Origin: the human T2T-CHM13v2.0 reference genome, Homo sapiens
NCBI RefSeq assembly: GCF_009914755.1
Contig: NC_060927.1
Reading direction: 5' to 3' (one strand)
Length of the DNA: 64,000 bases
A program made the translations under genes and the position numbers. Of the stretch, positions 1 through 11,800 are shown piece by piece. A model generated the notes under the pieces. It saw nothing but the letters and a program-made list of their open reading frames with translations, was not told the origin of the DNA and did no database searches. Positions within the stretch are counted from its first letter, which is position 1. Each line of letters opens with the position of its first letter.

Positions 1-78
1 GCTTCAACTCTGTGACTTGAATACCCACAACCCAAAGAAGTTACTGAGAATTCTTCTGTCTAGCATTATATGAAGAAA

Positions 79-95
79 TCCCGTTTCCAACGAAG
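79..95 (-). promoter_or_regulatory. CENP-B box, canonical (recurs in every HOR copy)
   Basis: tcccgtttccaacgaag is the reverse complement of CTTCGTTGGAAACGGGA. Confidence 0.95.
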
Positions 96-417
96 GCCTC
101 AAATACATCCAAATATCCAGTTGCTGACTTTACAAACTGAGTGTTTCCAAACTGCTCTATGAAAAGAAAGGTTAAACACTGTGAGTTGAACACACACGTA
201 CCAAAGTAGTTTCTGAGAATGATTCTGTCTAGTTTGCATACGAAGATATTTCCTTTTCTACCATTGGCCTCAAAGCTCTGAAATCTCCACTTGCAAATTC
301 CACAAAAAGAGAGTTTCAAATCTGCTGTTTCTAAAGGAAAGTTCAACTCTGAGAGTTGAATACACACCAGAAAAAGCAGTTACTGAGAAGTCTTCTGTCT
401 AGCATTATATGAAGAAA

Positions 418-434
418 TCCCATTTCCAACGAAG
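418..434 (-). promoter_or_regulatory. Degenerate CENP-B box (CGGG to TGGG), same change in all copies
   Basis: tcccatttccaacgaag: one of the 9 core bases of nTTCGnnnnAnnCGGGn is lost. Confidence 0.9.
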
Positions 435-758
435 ACTTCAAAGAGGTCCAAATATCCACTTGCAGATTCTGCAAAAAGAGTGTTTCGAAACAACTGTATG
501 AAAAGAAAGGTTAAACACTGTGAGTTGAACGCACACATTGCAAAGCAGTTTCTGAGAATGATTCCGTCTAATTATTATACGAAGGTATTTCCTTTTCTAT
601 CATTGGCCTCAAAGCGCTTGATACCTCCACCTGAAAATTCCACAAAAAGAGTGTTTCCAATCTACTCTGTCTAAAGGAACGTTCAACTCTGTGAGTTGAA
701 TACACACACACAGAAAGAATTCACTGAGAATTCTTCTGTCTGGCATTACATGAAGAAA

Positions 759-775
759 TCCCGTTTCCAACGAAG
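759..775 (-). promoter_or_regulatory. CENP-B box, canonical
   Basis: tcccgtttccaacgaag. Confidence 0.95.
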
Positions 776-820
776 GCCTCAAAGAGGTCCAAATATCCAC
801 TTGCAGATTCTGCAAAAAGA

Positions 821-1260
821 GTGTTTCAAAACCGCTCCATTAAAAGGAATGTTGAACTCTGTGAGTTGAATGCAAACATCACAACTCAGTTGCTGAGAAT
901 GCTTCTGACTAGATTTTATGGTAAGATATTTCCTTTTCTACCGTAGGCTTCAATGCCCTCTAAATACACCCTTGCAAATTCTACAAAGAGACTGTTTCAT
1001 AACTGCTCTACAGGAAGAAAGGTTCAACTCTGTGAGTTGAATGCAGAGATCACAACGTGGTTTCTGCGAATGATTCTTTGTAGTTTTTACATGAAGATAT
1101 TTCGTTGTCAACCGTAGGCTTCAAAGCACTCAAAGTATTCACTTGGAACTTTTACAAAAAGAGTGTTAGAAAACTGCTCTTTCCAAAGTAAGGTTCAACT
1201 CTGTGAGTTGAATGCACACATAACAATCAAGAAGTTTCTGAGAATTCTTCTGTCCTGGTT
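821..1260. repeat. Divergent alphoid segment with two consecutive box-less monomers, breaking the A/B dimer pattern (present in every copy; boundaries approximate)
   Basis: Boxes at 759 and 1273 are 514 bp apart (3 monomers) instead of ~340. The monomers read ...ccgtaggcttcaatgccctctaaatacaccc... and ...ttcgttgtcaaccgtaggcttcaaagcactcaaagtattc..., unlike the ccattggcctcaaagcgcttgaaatctcc-like reading of the other A monomers. Confidence 0.85.
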
Positions 1261-1272
1261 TATATGAAAAAA

Positions 1273-1289
1273 TCCCGTTTCCAACGAAG
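1273..1289 (-). promoter_or_regulatory. CENP-B box, canonical in most copies (mutated in U2, U8, U15)
   Basis: tcccgtttccaacgaag. Confidence 0.95.
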
Positions 1290-1610
1290 GCCTCAAAGAC
1301 GTTTAAATATCCACTTGCAGACTTCACAAACAGAGGGTTTCCAAACTGCTCTATGAAAAGAAAGGTTAAACTCTGTGAGCTGAACGCACACATCACAAAG
1401 TAGCTTCTGAGAATGATACTGTCTAGTTTTTATACGAAGATATTTCCTTTCTACCATTGGCGTCAAAGCGCTAGAATTCTCCACTTGCAAATTCCACAAA
1501 AAGAGTGTTTCCAATCTGCTCTGTCTAAAGGAAGGTTCAACTCTGTGAGTTGAATACACACACACAAAGAAGCTACTGAGAATTCTTTTGTCAAGAATTA
1601 TAAGAAGAAA

Positions 1611-1627
1611 TCCCGTTTCCAACGAAG
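1611..1627 (-). promoter_or_regulatory. CENP-B box, canonical
   Basis: tcccgtttccaacgaag. Confidence 0.95.
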
Positions 1628-1951
1628 GCCTCAAAGAGTTCCAAATATCCACTTGCACACTGCACAAACTAAGTCTTTCCAAACTGCTCTATGCAAAGAA
1701 ATGTTCAACTCTGTGAGTTTAATACACACATCACAAAGCAGTTTCTGAGAATGATACTGTCTAGTTTTTATACGAAGATATTTCCTTTTGTACCATTGGC
1801 CTCATACTGCTAGAATTTTCCACTTGCAAATTCCACAAAAAGAGTGTTTCCAATCCGCTCTGTCTAAAGAAAGGTTCAACTCTCTGATTTGAATACATAC
1901 ATCCCAAAAGAAGTTACTGAGAATTCTTCTGTCTAGCATTATGTGAAGAAA

Positions 1952-1968
1952 TCCCGTTTCCAACGAAA
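1952..1968 (-). promoter_or_regulatory. CENP-B box (TTTCGTTGGAAACGGGA variant, core intact; mutated in U15)
   Basis: tcccgtttccaacgaaa. Confidence 0.93.
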
Positions 1969-2292
1969 GCCTCAAAGAGGTCCAAATATCCAGTTGCAGA
2001 ATTTACAAACTGACTGTTTCCAAACTCATCTATGAAAAGAAAGGTTAAACTCTGTGAGTTGAATGCACATATCACAAAGTAGTTCCTGAGAATGATTCTG
2101 TCTAGTTTTTATACGAAGATATTTCCTTTTCCACCAATGGCCTCAAAGTGCTTGAAATCTCCCCTTGCAAATTCCACAGACAAGTGTTTCAAATCTGCAC
2201 TGTCTAAAGGAAGGTTCAACCCTGTGAGTTGAATACACACACACAGAAAAAAATTCACTGAGAATTCTATTGTCTATCATTACACGAAGAAA

Positions 2293-2309
2293 TCCCGTTT
2301 ACTACGAAG
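2293..2309 (-). promoter_or_regulatory. Variant CENP-B box CTTCGTAGTAAACGGGA, 9 core bases retained
   Basis: tcccgtttactacgaag: both changes fall in non-core positions. Confidence 0.85.
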
Positions 2310-2631
2310 GCCTCAAAGAGGTCCAAATATCCAGCTGCAGACATTACAAACTGAGTGTTTCCAAAGTGCTCTATGAAAAGAAGTGTTAAACACTGTGAGT
2401 TCAATGCACACATCCCAAAGCAGTTTCTGAGAATGATTCCGTCTATTTTTTCTACGAAGATATTTCCTTTTCTGCCGTTGGCCTCAAAGCGCTTGAAATC
2501 TCCACTTGCAAATTCCACAAAAAGAGAGTTTCAAATCTGCTCTGTCTAAAGGAAGGTTCAACTCTGTGAGTTGAATACACACCACAAAAAGAAGTTACTG
2601 AGAATTCTTCTGTCTAGCATTATATGAAAAA

Positions 2632-2648
2632 TCCCGTTTCCAACGAAG
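2632..2648 (-). promoter_or_regulatory. CENP-B box, canonical
   Basis: tcccgtttccaacgaag. Confidence 0.95.
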
Positions 2649-2889
2649 GCCACAAAGAGGTCCAAATATCCACTTGCAGATTCTGCAAAAAGAGTGTTTC
2701 CAAACTGCTCTATGAAAAGAAACGTTAAACTCTGTGAGTTGAACGCAAACATCACAAAGTAGTTTCTGAGAATGACTCCGTCTAGTTTTTATACGAAGAT
2801 ATTTCCTTTCCTACCATTCACTTCAAAGCGCTTGAAGTCTCCCCCTGAAAATTCCACAAAAAGTGTTTCCAATCTGCTCCGCCTAAAGG

Positions 2890-2895
2890 AAGCTT
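2890..2895. other. HindIII site (AAGCTT) marking the HOR period; the only one I saw per unit
   Basis: gcctaaaggAAGCTTcaac at each unit junction. Confidence 0.85.
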
Positions 2896-5800
2896 CAACT
2901 CTGTGACTTGAATACCCACAACCCAAAGAAGTTACTGAGAATTCTTCTGTCTAGCATTATATGAAGAAATCCCGTTTCCAACGAAGGCCTCAAATACATC
3001 CAAATATCCAGTTGCTGACTTTACAAACTGAGTGTTTCCAAACTGCTCTATGAAAAGAAAGGTTAAACACTGTGAGTTGAACACACACGTACCAAAGTAG
3101 TTTCTGAGAATGATTCTGTCTAGTTTGCATACGAAGATATTTCCTTTTCTACCATTGGCCTCAAAGCTTTGAAATCTCCACTTGCAAATTCCACAAAAAG
3201 AGAGTTTCAACTCTGCTGTTTCTAAAGGAAAGTTCAACTCTGAGAGTTGAATACACACCAGAAAAAGCAGTTACTGAGAAGTCTTCTGTCTAGCATTATA
3301 TGAAGAAATCCCATTTCCAACGAAGACTTCAAAGAGGTCCAAATATCCACTTGCAGATTCTGCAAAAAGAGTGTTTCGAAACAACTGTATGAAAAGAAAG
3401 GTTAAACACTGTGAGTTGAACGCACACATTGCAAAGCAGTTTCTGAGAATGATTCCGTCTAATTATTATACGAAGGTATTTCCTTTTCTATCATTGGCCT
3501 CAAAGCGCTTGATACCTCCACCTGAAAATTCCACAAAAAGAGTGTTTCCAATCTACTCTGTCTAAAGGAACGTTCAACTCTGTGAGTTGAATACACACAC
3601 ACAGAAAGAATTCACTGAGAATTCTTCTGTCTGGCATTACATGAAGAAATCCCGTTTCCAACGAAGGCCTCAAAGAGGTCCAAATATCCACTTGCAGATT
3701 CTGCAAAAAGAGTGTTTCAAAACCGCTCCATTAAAAGGAATGTTGAACTCTGTGAGTTGAATGCAAACATCACAACTCAGTTGCTGAGAATGCTTCTGAC
3801 TAGATTTTATGGTAAGATATTTCCTTTTCTACCGTAGGCTTCAATGCCCTCTAAATACACCCTTGCAAATTCTACAAAGAGACTGTTTCATAACTGCTCT
3901 ATAGGAAGAAAGGTTCAACTCTGTGAGTTGAATGCAGAGATCACAACGTGGTTTCTGCGAATGATTCTTTGTAGTTTTTACATGAAGATATTTCGTTGTC
4001 AACCGTAGGCTTCAAAGCACTCAAAGTATTCACTTGGAACTTTTACAAAAAGAGTGTTAGAAAACTGCTCTTTCCAAAGTAAGGTTCAACTCTGTGAGTT
4101 GAATGCACACATAACAATCAAGAAGTTTCTGAGAATTCTTCTGTCCTGGTTTATATGAAGAAATCCCGTTTCCAACAAAGGCCTCAAAGACGTTTAAATA
4201 TCCACTTGCAGACTTCACAAACAGAGGGTTTCCAAACTGCTCTATGAAAAAAAAGGTTAAACTCTGTCAGTTGAACGCACACATCACAAAGTAGCTTCTG
4301 AGAATGATACTGTCTAGTTTTTATACGAAGATATTTCCTTTCTACCATTGGCGTCAAAGCGCTAGAATTCTCCACTTGCAAATTCCACAAAAAGAGTGTT
4401 TCCAATCTGCTCTGTCTAAAGGAAGGTTCAACTCTGTGAGTTGAATACACACACACAAAGAAGCTACTGAGAATTCTTTTGTCAAGAATTACAAGAAGAA
4501 ATCCCGTTTCCAACGAAGGCCTCAAAGAGTTCCAAATATCCACTTGCACACTGCACAAACTAAGTCTTTCCAAACTGCTCTATGCAAAGAAATGTTCAAC
4601 TCTGTGAGTGTAATACGCACATCACAAAGCAGTTTCTGAGAATGATACTGTCTAGTTTTTATACGAAGATATTTCCTTTTGTACCATTGGCCTCATACTG
4701 CTAGAATTTTCCACTTGCAAATTCCACAAAAAGAGTGTTTCCAATCCGCTCTGTCTAAAGGAAGGTTCAACTCTCTGATTTGAATACATACATCCCAAAA
4801 GAAGTTCCTGAGAATTCTTCTGTCTAGCATTATGTGAAGAAATCCCGTTTCCAACGAAAGCCTCAAAGAGGTCCAAATATCCAGTTGCAGAATTTACAAA
4901 CTGACTGTTTCCAAACTCATCTATGAAAAGAAAGGTTAAACTCTGGGAGTTGAATGCACATATCACAAAGTAGTTCCTGAGAATGATTCTGTCTAATTTT
5001 CATACGAAGATATTTCCTTTTCCACCAATGGCCTCAAAGTGCTTGAAATCTCCCCTTGCAAATTCCACAGACAAGTGTTTCAAATCTGCACTGTCTAAAG
5101 GAAGGTTCAACCCTGTGAGTTGAATACACACACACAGAAAAAAATTCACTGAGAATTCTATTGTCTATCATTACACGAAGAAATCCCGTTTACTACGAAG
5201 GCCTCAAAGAGGTCCAAATATCCAGCTGCAGACATTTCAAACTGAGTGTTTCCAAAGTGCTCTATGAAAAGAAGTGTTAAACACTGTGAGTTCAATGCAC
5301 ACATCCCAAAGCAGTTTCTGAGAATGATTCCGTCTATTTTTTCTACGCAGATATTTCCTTTTCTGCCGTTGGCCTCAAAGCGCTTGAAATCTCCACTTGC
5401 AAATTCCACAAAAAGAGAGTTTCAAATCTGCTCTGTCTAAAGGAAGGTTCAACTCTGTGAGTTGAATACACACCACAAAAAGAAGTTACTGAGAATTCTT
5501 CTGTCTAGCATTATATGAAAAATCCCGTTTCCAACGAAGGCCACAAAGAGGTCCAAATATCCACTTGCAGATTCTGCAAAAAGAGTGTTTCCAAACTGCT
5601 CTATGAAAAGAAACGTTAAACTCTGTGAGTTGAACGCAAACATCACAAAGTAGTTTCTGAGAATGACTCCGTCTAGTTTTTATACGAAGATATTTCCTTT
5701 CCTACCATTCACTTCAAAGCGCTTGAAGTCTCCCCCTGAAAATTCCACAAAAAGTGTTTCCAATCTGCTCCGCCTAAAGGAAGCTTCAACTCTGTGACTT

Positions 5801-8800
5801 GAATACCCACAACCCAAAGAAGTTACTGAGAATTCTTCTGTCTAGCATTATATGAAGAAATCCCGTTTCCAACGAAGGCCTCAAATACATCCAAATATCC
5901 AGTTGCTGACTTTACAAACTGAGTGTTTCCAAACTGCTCTATGAAAAGAAAGGTTAAACACTGTGAGTTGAACACACACGTACCAAAGTAGTTTCTGAGA
6001 ATGATTCTGTCTAGTTTGCATACGAAGATATTTCCTTTTCTACCATTGGCCTCAAAGCTCTGAAATCTCCACTTGCAAATTCCACAAAAAGAGAGTTTCA
6101 AATCTGCTGTTTCTAAAGGAAAGTTCAACTCTGAGAGTTGAATACACACCAGAAAAAGCAGTTACTGAGAAGTCTTCTGTCTAGCATTATATGAAGAAAT
6201 CCCATTTCCAACGAAGACTTCAAAGAGGTCCAAATATCCACTTGCAGATTCTGCAAAAAGAGTGTTTCGAAACAACTCTATGAAAAGAAAGGTTAAACAC
6301 TGTGAGTTGAACGCACACATTGCAAAGCAGTTTCTGAGAATGATTCCGTCTAATTATTATACGAAGGTATTTCCTTTTCTATCATTGGCCTCAAAGCGCT
6401 TGATACCTCCACCTGAAAATTCCACAAAAAGAGTGTTTCCAATCTACTCTGTCTAAAGGAACGTTCAACTCTGTGAGTTGAATACACACACACAGAAAGA
6501 ATTCACTGAGAATTCTTCTGTCTGGCATTACATGAAGAAATCCCGTTTCCAACGAAGGCCTCAAAGAGGTCCAAATATCCACTTGCAGATTCTGCAAAAA
6601 GAGTGTTTCAAAACCGCTCCATTAAAAGGAATGTTGAACTCTGTGAGTTGAATGCAAACATCACAACTCAGTTGCTGAGAATGCTTCTGACTAGATTTTA
6701 TGGTAAGATATTTCCTTTTCTACCGTAGGCTTCAATGCCCTCTAAATACACCCTTGCAAATTCTACAAAGAGACTGTTTCATAACTGCTCTATAGGAAGA
6801 AAGGTTCAACTCTGTGAGTTGAATGCAGAGATCACAACGTGGTTTCTGCGAATGATTCTTTGTAGTTTTTACATGAAGATATTTCGTTGTCAACCGTAGG
6901 CTTCAAAGCACTCAAAGTATTCACTTGGAACTTTTACAAAAAGAGTGTTAGAAAACTGCTCTTTCCAAAGTAAGGTTCAACTCTGTGAGTTGAATGCACA
7001 CATAACAATCAAGAAGTTTCTGAGAATTCTTCTGTCCTGGTTCATATGAAGAAATCCCGTTTCCAACGAAGGCCTCAAAGACGTTTAAATATCCACTTGC
7101 AGACTTCACAAACAGAGGGTTTCCAAACTGCTCTATGAAAAGAAAGGTTAAACTCTGTGAGTTGAACGCACACATCACAAAGTAGCTTCTGAGAATGATA
7201 CTGTCTAGTTTTTATACGAAGATATTTCCTTTCTACCATTGGCGTCAAAGCGCTAGAATTCTCCACTTGCAAATTCCACAAAAAGAGTGTTTCCAATCTG
7301 CTCTGTCTAAAGGAAGGTTCAACTCTGTGAGTTGAATACACACACACAAAGAAGCTACTGAGAATTCTTTTGTCAAGAATTATAAGAAGAAATCCCGTTT
7401 CCAACGAAGGCCTCAAAGAGTTCCAAATATCCACTTGCACACTGCACAAACTAAGTCTTTCCAAACTGCTCTATGCAAAGAAATGTTCAACTCTGTGAGT
7501 TTAATACACACATCACAAAGCAGTTTCTGAGAATGATACTGTCTAGTTTTTATACGAAGATATTTCCTTTTGTACCATTGGCCTCATACTGCTAGAATTT
7601 TCCACTTGCAAATTCCACAAAAAGAGTGTTTCCAATCCGCTCTGTCTAAAGGAAGGTTCAACTCTCTGATTTGAATACATACATCCCAAAAGAAGTTCCT
7701 GAGAATTCTTCTGTCTAGCATTATGTGAAGAAATCCCGTTTCCAACGAAAGCCTCAAAGAGGTCCAAATATCCAGTTGCAGAATTTACAAACTGACTGTT
7801 TCCAAACTCATCTATGAAAAGCAAGGTTAAACTCTGGGAGTTGAATGCACATATCACAAAGTAGTTCCTGAGAATGATTCTGTCTAGTTTTCATACGAAG
7901 ATATTTCCTTTTCCACCAATGGCCTCAAAGTGCTTGAAATCTCCCCTTGCAAATTCCACAGACAAGTGTCTCAAATCTGCACTGTCTAAAGGAAGGTTCA
8001 ACCCTGTGAGTTGAATACACACACACAGAAAAAAATTCACTGAGAATTCTATTGTCTATCATTACACGAAGAAATCCCGTTTACTACGAAGGCCTCAAAG
8101 AGGTCCAAATATCCAGCTGCAGACATTACAAACTGAGTGTTTCCAAAGTGCTCTATGAAAAGAAGTGTTAAACACTGTGAGTTCAATGCACACATCCCAA
8201 AGCAGTTTCTGAGAATGATTCCGTCTATTTTTTCTACGAAGATATTTCCTTTTCTGCCGTTGGCCTCAAAGCGCTTGAAATCTCCACTTGCAAATTCCAC
8301 AAAAAGAGAGTTTCAAATCTGCTCTGTCTAAAGGAAGGTTCAACTCTGTGAGTTGAATACACACCACAAAAAGAAGTTACTGAGAATTCTTCTGTCTAGC
8401 ATTATATGAAAAATCCCGTTTCCAACGAAGGCCACAAAGAGGTCCAAATATCCACTTGCAGATTCTGCAAAAAGAGTGTTTCCAAACTGCTCTATGAAAA
8501 GAAACGTTAAACTCTGTGAGTTGAACGCAAACATCACAAAGTAGTTTCTGAGAATGACTCCGTCTAGTTTTTATACGAAGATATTTCCTTTCCTACCATT
8601 CACTTCAAAGCGCTTGAAGTCTCCCCCTGAAAATTCCACAAAAAGTGTTTCCAATCTGCTCCGCCTAAAGGAAGCTTCAACTCTGTGACTTGAATACCCA
8701 CAACCCAAAGAAGTTACTGAGAATTCTTCTGTCTAGCATTATATGAAGAAATCCCGTTTCCAACGAAGGCCTCAAATACATCCAAATATCCAGTTGCTGA

Positions 8801-11800
8801 CTTTACAAACTGAGTGTTTCCAAACTGCTCTATGAAAAGAAAGGTTAAACACTGTGAGTTGAACACACACGTACCAAAGTAGTTTCTGAGAATGATTCTG
8901 TCTAGTTTGCATACGAAGATATTTCCTTTTCTACCATTGGCCTCAAAGCTCTGAAATCTCCACTTGCAAATTCCACAAAAAGAGAGTTTCAAATCTGCTG
9001 TTTCTAAAGGAAAGTTCAACTCTGAGAGTTGAATACACACCAGAAAAAGCAGTTACTGAGAAGTCTTCTGTCTAGCATTATATGAAGAAATCCCATTTCC
9101 AACGAAGACTTCAAAGAGGTCCAAATATCCACTTGCAGATTCTGCAAAAAGAGTGTTTCGAAACAACTCTATGAAAAGAAAGGTTAAACACTGTGAGTTG
9201 AACGCACACATTGCAAAGCAGTTTCTGAGAATGATTCCGTCTAATTATTATACGAAGGTATTTCCTTTTCTATCATTGGCCTCAAAGCGCTTGATACCTC
9301 CACCTGAAAATTCCACAAAAAGAGTGTTTCCAATCTACTCTGTCTAAAGGAACGTTCAACTCTGTGAGTTGAATACACACACACAGAAAGAATTCACTGA
9401 GAATTCTTCTGTCTGGCATTACATGAAGAAATCCCGTTTCCAACGAAGGCCTCAAAGAGGTCCAAATATCCACTTGCAGATTCTGCAAAAAGAGTGTTTC
9501 AAAACCGCTCCATTAAAAGGAATGTTGAACTCTGTGAGTTGAATGCAAACATCACAACTCAGTTGCTGAGAATGCTTCTGACTAGATTTTATGGTAAGAT
9601 ATTTCCTTTTCTACCGTAGGCTTCAATGCCCTCTAAATACACCCTTGCAAATTCTACAAAGAGACTGTTTCATAACTGCTCTATAGGAAGAAAGGTTCAA
9701 CTCTGTGAGTTGAATGCAGAGATCACAACGTGGTTTCTGCGAATGATTCTTTGTAGTTTTTACATGAAGATATTTCGTTGTCAACCGTAGGCTTCAAAGC
9801 ACTCAAAGTATTCACTTGGAACTTTTACAAAAAGAGTGTTAGAAAACTGCTCTTTCCAAAGTAAGGTTCAACTCTGTGAGTTCAATGCACACATAACAAT
9901 CAAGAAGTTTCTGAGAATTCTTCTGTCCTGGTTTATATGAAGAAATCCCGTTTCCAACGAAGGCCTCAAAGACGTTTAAATATCCACTTGCAGACTTCAC
10001 AAACAGAGGGTTTCCAAACTGCTCTATGAAAAAAAAGGTTAAACTCTGTCAGTTGAACGCACACATCACAAAGTAGCTTCTGAGAATGATACTGTCTAGT
10101 TTTTATACGAAGATATTTCCTTTCTACCATTGGCGTCAAAGCGCTAGAATTCTCCACTTGCAAATTCCACAAAAAGAGTGTTTCCAATCTGCTCTGTCTA
10201 AAGGAAGGTTCAACTCTGTGAGTTGAATACACACACACAAAGAAGCTACTGAGAATTCTTTTGTCAAGAATTACAAGAAGAAATCCCGTTTCCAACGAAG
10301 GCCTCAAAGAGTTCCAAATATCCACTTGCACACTGCACAAACTAAGTCTTTCCAAACTGCTCTATGCAAAGAAATGTTCAACTCTGTGAGTTTAATATGC
10401 ACATCACAAAGCAGTTTCTGAGAATGATACTGTCTAGTTTTTATACGAAGATATTTCCTTTTGTACCATTGGCCTCATACTGCTAGAATTTTCCACTTGC
10501 AAATTCCACAAAAAGAGTGTTTCCAATCCGCTCTGTCTAAAGGAAGGTTCAACTCTCTGATTTGAATACATACATCCCAAAAGAAGTTCCTGAGAATTCT
10601 TCTGTCTAGCATTATGTGAAGAAATCCCGTTTCCAACGAAAGCCTCAAAGAGGTCCAAATATCCAGTTGCAGAATTTACAAACTGACTGTTTCCAAACTC
10701 ATCTATGAAAAGAAAGGTTAAACTCTGGGAGTTGAATGCACATATCACAAAGTAGTTCCTGAGAATGATTCTGTCTAGTTTTCATACGAAGATATTTCCT
10801 TTTCCACCAATGGCCTCAAAGTGCTTGAAATCTCCCCTTGCAAATTCCACAGACAAGTGTTTCAAATCTGCACTGTCTAAAGGAAGGTTCAACCCTGTGA
10901 GTTGAATACACACACACAGAAAAAAATTCACTGAGAATTCTATTGTCTATCATTACACGAAGAAATCCCGTTTACTACGAAGGCCTCAAAGAGGTCCAAA
11001 TATCCAGCTGCAGACATTACAAACTGAGTGTTTCCAAAGTGCTCTATGAAAAGAAGTGTTAAACACTGTGAGTTCAATGCACACATCCCAAAGCAGTTTC
11101 TGAGAATGATTCCGTCTATTTTTTCTACGAAGATATTTCCTTTTCTGCCGTTGGCCTCAAAGCGCTTGAAATCTCCACTTGCAAATTCCACAAAAAGAGA
11201 GTTTCAAATCTGCTCTGTCTAAAGGAAGGTTCAACTCTGTGAGTTGAATACACACCACAAAAAGAAGTTACTGAGAATTCTTCTGTCTAGCATTATATGA
11301 AAAATCCCGTTTCCAACGAAGGCCACAAAGAGGTCCAAATATCCACTTGCAGATTCTGCAAAAAGAGTGTTTCCAAACTGCTCTATGAAAAGAAACGTTA
11401 AACTCTGTGAGTTGAACGCAAACATCACAAAGTAGTTTCTGAGAATGACTCCGTCTAGTTTTTATACGAAGATATTTCCTTTCCTACCATTCACTTCAAA
11501 GCGCTTGAAGTCTCCCCCTGAAAATTCCACAAAAAGTGTTTCCAATCTGCTCCGCCTAAAGGAAGCTTCAACTCTGTGACTTGAATACCCACAACCCAAA
11601 GAAGTTACTGAGAATTCTTCTGTCTAGCATTATATGAAGAAATCCCGTTTCCAACGAAGGCCTCAAATACATCCAAATATCCAGTTGCTGACTTTACAAA
11701 CTGAGTGTTTCCAAACTGCTCTATGAAAAGAAAGGTTAAACACTGTGAGTTGAACACACACGTACCAAAGTAGTTTCTGAGAATGATTCTGTCTAGTTTG

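Larger units (their letters stand above)
1..2891. repeat. Representative HOR unit U1: 17 monomers in order B A B* A B A A B A B A B A B A B A (B = CENP-B box type, B* = broken box, A = box-less)
   Basis: Box-type sites at 79, 418, 759, 1273, 1611, 1952, 2293, 2632. Box-less 'gaagatatttccttttcta'-like sites near 245, 585, 925, 1095, 1440, 1780, 2120, 2460, 2800. The start sequence gcttcaactctgtgacttgaataccc recurs at 2892. Confidence 0.95.

Noticed and set aside
684-700. Imperfect dyad ttcaactctgtgagttgaa as a hairpin, terminator or ncRNA
   Set aside because: This is a general feature of alphoid monomers. Nothing here supports a terminator or a discrete RNA gene.
701-712. Short (CA)n runs (also near 1555 and 2235) and A/T tracts
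   Set aside because: They are intrinsic parts of the monomers and appear constant in length across copies, so they are not independent microsatellites.
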